Shown here: positions 18,004 through 23,459 of the stretch, piece by piece
Layout: the number at the start of each line of letters is the position of its first letter
Numbering within the stretch: position 1 is the stretch's first letter
Assembly (NCBI GenBank): GCA_963837175.1
Contig: CAWIMJ010000054.1
Coordinates: 1-23,459, forward strand
Direction: 5' to 3'
Source: an uncultured Nitrososphaeraceae archaeon
GTDB lineage: Archaea > Thermoproteota > Nitrososphaeria > Nitrososphaerales > Nitrososphaeraceae
DNA: 23,459 bases
Made by a program: the position numbers and the translations under genes
The notes under the pieces: model-generated
What the model saw: the letters and a program-made list of their open reading frames with translations, nothing else
Databases searched by the model: none
Told to the model about the DNA's origin: nothing

Positions 18004-18786
18004 CTATTCTTTGACAGCCTTGATAACTAGACTACTAATCTTTCTACTATCATTAACTTCCTCTCCTTCTTTGTAGCATTTGTCATCTAACACTTCAATA
18101 TTTGTAAATCCTGCTTTTCTTATACTATTAAGATAGTTCTCTTTTGTTAATGCGCCATCTATACAACTACACCATTTTTCTGAATCAATTGAGTCCGTCT
18201 CCACTTCTTTATCTGTAACTAAATCTGAAATTACCATTCTTCCTTGACCCTGTTTTAAAATTCGATAAATCTCCTTGAATGTGCTTACTTTGTCTGTAGT
18301 TAAATTGATAACACAATTACTGATAACTACATCTGCGGTGTTATCATCTATAGGAATCCTTCTTTCTATATCACCTTTTCTAAATTCTACATTCGTATAG
18401 CCACCATTATCTTTTGCATTTTTTCTTGCTTTCTTTAACATCTCATCAGTCATATCAATGCCTATTACTTTTCCAGATTCTTTAACTCTATTTGCTGACA
18501 AAAATACATCAATTCCTGCACCAGATCCTAAATCAACAACAGTTTCGTCTTCTTTGAGTTCAGCATGGTTTACGGGTGCTCCACACCCAACTCCAAGTAT
18601 TGAGGGTTTAGGAATAGATTCTAACTCTTTAGTATCATAACCAACAACTGCAGCAGCCTGTATTGGCGAACTTCCTTGCTCGCTGCATTCACAAGGAACA
18701 CAACAACAATTAGAATTTCCTGTTAATGCAATTTTGCCATACCTTTCTTTTACTTTTTCTTTTATATTAGCAGCTGATTCTTGCAC
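18004..18786 (-). CDS. arsM: Arsenite S-adenosylmethionine methyltransferase
   Basis: VKERYGKIA, LGVGCGAP, SAM motif VVDLGSGAGID, ISNCVINL and WCSCIDGA. Cys-rich N-terminus. Confidence 0.92.
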   Translation of the reverse strand: MQESAANIKEKVKERYGKIALTGNSNCCCVPCECSEQGSSPIQAAAVVGYDTKELESIPKPSILGVGCGAPVNHAELKEDETVVDLGSGAGIDVFLSANRVKESGKVIGIDMTDEMLKKARKNAKDNGGYTNVEFRKGDIERRIPIDDNTADVVISNCVINLTTDKVSTFKEIYRILKQGQGRMVISDLVTDKEVETDSIDSEKWCSCIDGALTKENYLNSIRKAGFTNIEVLDDKCYKEGEEVNDSRKISSLVIKAVKE

Positions 18787-18850
18787 ATCAATGTTTTACA
18801 AATAAAACTATTTAAGTTATCAAGGGTAAACAAGTAAACTAAGCACAATT
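18787..18850. promoter_or_regulatory. 64-bp divergent promoter region with candidate operator
   Basis: Inverted repeat GTTTTA-caaa-TAAAAC (18793-18808), a central TATTTAAG TATA-like box, and a direct repeat GTAAAC x2 (18826-18839). Confidence 0.45.
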
Positions 18851-19258
18851 ATGGAAACTAATAGAAAGTTAAAAAATGAACCATTATTACCTGTAATACA
18901 ACCACAACAAGAAGTTTGTGCTTTCAATGGATATGACGCAGATAAACTTATGTCTGAAACTGCAAAATTGAGAAAATTGATTACAAAAAGAGGAACACTT
19001 GAAATACTAATTCCATTGTGTTGTACTACAAATCCTGTAAGACATAAACAATTTAAACAAACAATGAAAGGCTTTAGCACAAGGACATTATCCAACAGGC
19101 TTAAAGAGTTGGAAAAGAGTGGAATATTGGAAAGACAAAGATATAATGAGATTCCTCCAAGGGTTGAATATAGACTTACAAATAAAGGACAGGAACTTGC
19201 TGAATCTGTTATTGGAATACTTCAATGGATGAGGAAATGGGCTAACAAGAAAAAATAG
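18851..19258 (+). CDS. HxlR-family (DUF24) winged-helix transcriptional regulator
   Basis: STRTLSNRLKELEKSGILER and YNEIPPRVEYRLTNKGQEL. Cysteines in EVCAF and PLCCTT. Divergent from arsM. Confidence 0.9.
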   Translation: METNRKLKNEPLLPVIQPQQEVCAFNGYDADKLMSETAKLRKLITKRGTLEILIPLCCTTNPVRHKQFKQTMKGFSTRTLSNRLKELEKSGILERQRYNEIPPRVEYRLTNKGQELAESVIGILQWMRKWANKKK

Positions 19259-19362
19259 CAAGGATAAGTTGTTAATAATGAGATGGTATGAGATCGATGA
19301 TTGCTAAATAATTGAACTAAGAAAGTTTTAATTCTTTTTTCTTCTCCTTCTTCTCCTTCTTC

Positions 19363-19642
19363 TTATTCCTTCCTCCGTCTTCCAGTGACAGTAATATCGT
19401 ATCTTAGCTCGCTCTGCTGTCCTTTCAACAGTCTTCTAATAGAAAGACTTTGTGATAATACCCAGTGCAGTGTATCAATCTCTATCGATAATTTGTCATT
19501 TTCTGAGATTATCTGGGTCTTGTATATCTGTTCTTGCTTCTTCTTTATTTTATTACGTAGTATCTGTTCAAGTGTTTTTAATAAATGATATTGCTGCTTC
19601 TTTTTCTCCTCTTTCTGCTGCCTTCTGTTCCTGTTGATTCAT
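19363..19642 (-). pseudogene. Small helical hypothetical protein, frameshifted near 5' end
   Basis: MNQQEQK/QQKEEKKKQQYHLLKTLEQILRNKIKKKQ...EIDTLHWVLSQ...KE*. Span 280 = 3n+1. Confidence 0.5.
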
Positions 19643-19868
19643 TACCCATTTTATTAAGGATATTTTGACAAGTCCCATGAATAAGATAAGGTGAAGTACC
19701 AACAAGAGACTGAGAGAGGGCGGCCAGATGGAGGTATATTATATATTATTATGAAACTGGAAGAGGAAAGAAGAGGCAGAGCACAGAAGGAAGGAGATTC
19801 TCTTTTCTCTTTTAATTCTACTAACCCAAGTACTTTAAGAGTGATTCTTATTCTCTACATATACGGAT

Positions 19869-20399
19869 ATGGATGATAATAATAACAACTACTACGAACA
19901 TAAGAATGGGCAACAATATCACGAATTCATAAATTTTGCAATACAAGGAATGAATGAGAATGCTCAATTTGCAATCGCAATAGCAGTAGGGATTTTTGGA
20001 ATTCTTGCAATCTTTGTTACGTTAGATACTCATAAGGGCATGACACCACAAGATATATTTTGGAAAAATGCTTTGTGGACAAAACCCCAATGGATTTGGC
20101 TCACTGACATAGTACTATCCATTGCTTATTGGGCTTTAGTTCTCTTTGGAATTCAGAGTTATGTTGGCCGCCGTATATTTGAGGGCCTCATGGGAGATTA
20201 TCTAAAGAAGAAGAACCAGGAGGAGTATTTCAATGATATTGGGGAGATTGCTAAGGAGAACAAAATTGCTAATTTGTTCTACAATGTTATATGGTCAAGT
20301 AATTATGATAAAAAAGACAGATATAAAGGAATGAACATAGTCTTGTCTTTATACATAGGGATTGCTTTCTTACTCTGGTTATTTATTATAATCCTTTGA
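19869..20399 (+). CDS. Hypothetical membrane protein (about 3 TM)
   Basis: 176-aa ORF with three hydrophobic segments. Confidence 0.7.
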   Translation: MDDNNNNYYEHKNGQQYHEFINFAIQGMNENAQFAIAIAVGIFGILAIFVTLDTHKGMTPQDIFWKNALWTKPQWIWLTDIVLSIAYWALVLFGIQSYVGRRIFEGLMGDYLKKKNQEEYFNDIGEIAKENKIANLFYNVIWSSNYDKKDRYKGMNIVLSLYIGIAFLLWLFIIIL

Positions 20400-20758
20400 T
20401 ATCAACTTCGACTGATAGACAAACAAAAACTATTCACCCGGTAGAAGAAGATAATCGTGATTGATAGTCGTCTTCTTCTGTTACTGCTACAGAGAACAAC
20501 AGAGAATGAGTCCAACCTAGATTAATGATGAATGAGTAATCTTGTTAAAACTGCTGTGATTACTTTGTTGTTGTAGTAGTTTATACGGATGCATGTCGTT
20601 GATAGTTTACCATCTATGAGATGGACAAGGTGAGCCCAATATATTCACAACTCTGGTTTTACTACGATAAAGATGCAGGAAAATTCTCGATAACCACATC
20701 TAAATTAGCCAAGAAACCTCCTTAATTTTTAAATTGAACCCCTATAGCTACCTAAATA

Positions 20759-22057
20759 ATGGCTAGTCTAGTAAAACAGCCTTCACTTTTTCCTATATTA
20801 TTGGTTAATTTTGTAGGTACTCTTGGCTTTAGTATTGTTCTACCTTTTCTGGTTTTTTTAGTCATGAAATTTGGAGGTAATGCTATAGTTTATGGGCTAC
20901 TCGCCGCTACTTATCCTGCTTTCCAACTTATTGGAGCTCCAGTATTAGGAAGGTGGTCTGATATTTTTGGACGGAAAAAAGTCCTTCTATTGAGTAATGT
21001 AGGAACATCGGTTGGTTGGATACTATTTCTTTTTGCATTATCTTTGCCTTCTGAAAAATCTTTTGGTATTGATATCGCCTTCCTTGGAACATTTGTCATT
21101 AATGTTCCATTGCTTGTCTTATTTCTTGCCAGAGCTATTGACGGTATTACCGGTGGGAATATCTCTATTGCCAATGCCTATCTTGCGGACCTTTCATCAG
21201 ATAGAACAAGGAGTAAAAACTTTGGAAAAATGGCAATATCTTCCAACCTTGGATTTATTCTAGGTCCTGCACTAGCTGGAATTTTAGGTGGAACTATCTA
21301 TGGAGCAATATTACCAGTTCTAGGAGCATTAATTCTATCTTTGGTCACGTTAATTGTAATATATTTTCTATTAAGAGAATCTAAGCCTTCGTCAGAAGAA
21401 ATATTAGTTCCGGAAGAAGGAACCATCAGAAAAGTTTTCTCGCAGGAATGCAGAGAACCCTATTCCACGGTAAGCACTAAAAAACCTAGATTGTGGGATG
21501 TTTTCAAACTAAAACATATTTCTTTTTTACTTGTATTATATTTTTTGATATTTCTTGGATTTAATATCTACTATGCTGCCTTTCCGACCCATGCAGCTAA
21601 TGATCTAAAGTGGTCAGTAACACAGTTGGGAATATTTTATGCAGTATTAAGTGGAATAATGGTTTTGGTCCAAGGTCCAGTTTTACGTAAAGCATTAAAA
21701 AAATTCTCCGAGGAAAAATTAGTAGTAATTGGTAGTTTGATTTTAGGTACAAATTTTATTTTATTTGTATCAAATAATATTGTATCAGTCAGCGGGGCTG
21801 TAATACTATTTGCAGTTGGTAACGGTCTTATGTGGCCCTCTTTCATGTCCATATTGTCAAGACGTGCAGGATCAAAACTTCAAGGAGCAGTACAGGGAGT
21901 TGCAGGCAGTTTTGGAGGCCTGGCGAGTATCGTTGGATTAACAATAGGAGGACTTTTGTATAATTTATTTGGAGGAACTACTTTTCTATTTAGCGCTGGA
22001 GTAATATTGGCTGTTTTTGTCATGTCTTTTCGACTATTGAAAAAGAAAGAGGCTTGA
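20759..22057 (+). CDS. MFS transporter (TetA/DHA1-like efflux)
   Basis: Motif A (GRWSDIFGRKKVLL), ARAIDGITGGNISIANAYLAD, and antiporter motif C (GFILGPALAG). About 12 TM. Confidence 0.92.
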   Translation: MASLVKQPSLFPILLVNFVGTLGFSIVLPFLVFLVMKFGGNAIVYGLLAATYPAFQLIGAPVLGRWSDIFGRKKVLLLSNVGTSVGWILFLFALSLPSEKSFGIDIAFLGTFVINVPLLVLFLARAIDGITGGNISIANAYLADLSSDRTRSKNFGKMAISSNLGFILGPALAGILGGTIYGAILPVLGALILSLVTLIVIYFLLRESKPSSEEILVPEEGTIRKVFSQECREPYSTVSTKKPRLWDVFKLKHISFLLVLYFLIFLGFNIYYAAFPTHAANDLKWSVTQLGIFYAVLSGIMVLVQGPVLRKALKKFSEEKLVVIGSLILGTNFILFVSNNIVSVSGAVILFAVGNGLMWPSFMSILSRRAGSKLQGAVQGVAGSFGGLASIVGLTIGGLLYNLFGGTTFLFSAGVILAVFVMSFRLLKKKEA

Positions 22058-22588
22058 TTTGGTAAGTCAGATCTTTTTTTAAAGTCACAGTTTCCTCTTC
22101 TCTTTTTCTAATTCTTCATAAGGTTGATTTAAATATTTCATATTCGATATGTCTTTATCCAGTCACAAGTTAGAACGAAAATGAAATACTATCAAATTGG
22201 GATTCATTTGAAAAAGAATAATTTTATTATTACCAACGAACATAAAACGGAAAGTATGTCTGCAATTATTAAGACAAGGCAAGGTGGACCAAGTTATTTC
22301 TGCAGAACAAAATTCCGGCATTTCATTAGATAAATATTCTTTTTGAAACGTCTTTCTTTACCAGATATTTTTCGTAACCTCTTTTGCAGTATTTTATTAT
22401 GCAGAATGTCTTAGAGTATTTTAATGGTGTTGGTGTTGTTGTTTTTGTTGTCGTATTGAAAAATGTTTTTTGTCATAGTGTTATATCGCATTCCAAAAGT
22501 ATGCAGTTTCTGCATTATGAACAAGAGAAATCCGATGCTACCTATACGAAAACCATAATCTAGTATATTTTTAACTGTTGTAATATTA

Positions 22589-22969
22589 TTATTTATTATC
22601 TTTTGTAGTAGTAGCAATGACGTCATATGGATAACAAATCTCCTCAATCAAATTTACTGTTGTGATGGATGATGATAGTGATGTTGGCTTTCTTTTTGGT
22701 AATGATGATTGTTTTTCTTTTTCTTTATTATTGTAATCATTGTTGTCATAATAATCAAACAAAATTAACACTAAAATCTTACCGTCTAAATCTATATAGT
22801 CTCTAGAGGAGGTATCGTCTGATAACCTTTGTATTGTTGAATAGACCATCTTTAAATGAATAATATGTTTTTTGTACCCCACATCTTTGTCCAAAAATTG
22901 ATTTAATAATAATTCAAAATCATTGACTGAGGAGGCTGAATCGTACATGAGAAAAAGTTTGGCTTTCAT
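22589..22969 (-). CDS. Hypothetical protein
   Basis: 126-aa ORF with ATG start and a low-complexity C-terminus. No recognisable motif. Confidence 0.45.
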   Translation of the reverse strand: MKAKLFLMYDSASSVNDFELLLNQFLDKDVGYKKHIIHLKMVYSTIQRLSDDTSSRDYIDLDGKILVLILFDYYDNNDYNNKEKEKQSSLPKRKPTSLSSSITTVNLIEEICYPYDVIATTTKDNK

Positions 22970-23079
22970 TTTTTATTATTTATCTTTCTTTTTTCTCCTT
23001 CTTTTACTACTACTATTATACTATTATTAAAATAAAATAAGATACAATAAAAAACCTATACTTAAATTAGACTTAAGTA

Positions 23080-23459
23080 TTATCGTTCGCGCTTATATTT
23101 AATAAGATAGTCGTTAGGGTGATTTCCATCCACATAAGTATTAGTGTTGTCGTGAACCATCATATTATGAATTATTTTCTCTGAAAATCTTGTATCATTT
23201 ACGTTGTAAATATCCTTCAAGTCCCTAGTTATTTCCAGGCCTGACATACCACTAGGTTCAGCCTTTAACCTATTTTCAATAAAAGATTTTGCGTATTTTG
23301 CAGCGGTTTTGTTTAATTCTGTATCTGGAGTATTTCTAATTTCATTGTCTAACCAAGGATTAAGTGATCTAAGAGTGAGTCGTTGGTATTTGTGACTTAG
23401 ATCGTTACTATTGTTGTTGCTGCTGTTATTGCTGCTATTGTTATTATTATTGCTACTAC
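23080..23459 (-). CDS. 3' end of a gene running off the window (N/S-rich linker, possible C-terminal wHTH)
   Basis: Open frame from the window edge: SSNNNNN...DLSHKYQRLTLRSLNPWLDNE...FIENRLKAEPSGMSGLEITRDLKDIY...YLIKYKRER*. Confidence 0.7.
   Translation of the reverse strand, partial: SSNNNNNSSNNSSNNNSNDLSHKYQRLTLRSLNPWLDNEIRNTPDTELNKTAAKYAKSFIENRLKAEPSGMSGLEITRDLKDIYNVNDTRFSEKIIHNMMVHDNTNTYVDGNHPNDYLIKYKRER

Noticed and set aside
705-22647. Numerous short antisense or overlapping track ORFs (e.g. 705-926, 5084-5341, 8913-9389, 13474-13722, 17663-17971, 20911-21174, 22411-22647)
   Set aside because: They are shadows of better-supported genes or low-complexity sequence, with no motifs.

Overview
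AT-rich archaeal window, most consistent with a soil ammonia-oxidising archaeon (Nitrososphaeraceae). This is inferred from the BHB-intron tRNA, the PAC2/Pba proteasome chaperone and the protein styles, not from a search. The centre is a minus-strand tRNA-Gly(TCC) with two bulge-helix-bulge introns (37/38 and 53/54; 13050-13181). Directly downstream are an intact tyrosine integrase with a C-terminal Zn ribbon and a co-oriented ~4.6 kb cluster of cryptic-element genes: an RHH regulator, a hairpin, a small Zn finger, a candidate wHTH/Rep_trans-like replication initiator, a membrane protein and a coiled-coil protein. Most of these genes carry an inactivating lesion. To the left is a decayed accessory region: a GNAT, a PolB-thumb-like relic, an IS5 interrupted by an 89-bp TA-flanked MITE, HsdM and Dps relics, a nitroreductase and a secreted alpha/beta hydrolase. 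To the right are a DUF218-like gene, a PPOX pseudogene, a PAC2 chaperone ending in HbYX, an arsenic cluster (arsM-arsC-aquaporin) divergent from a Cys-bearing HxlR regulator rather than ArsR, an MFS transporter and hypotheticals. All family assignments come from motif recognition by eye.
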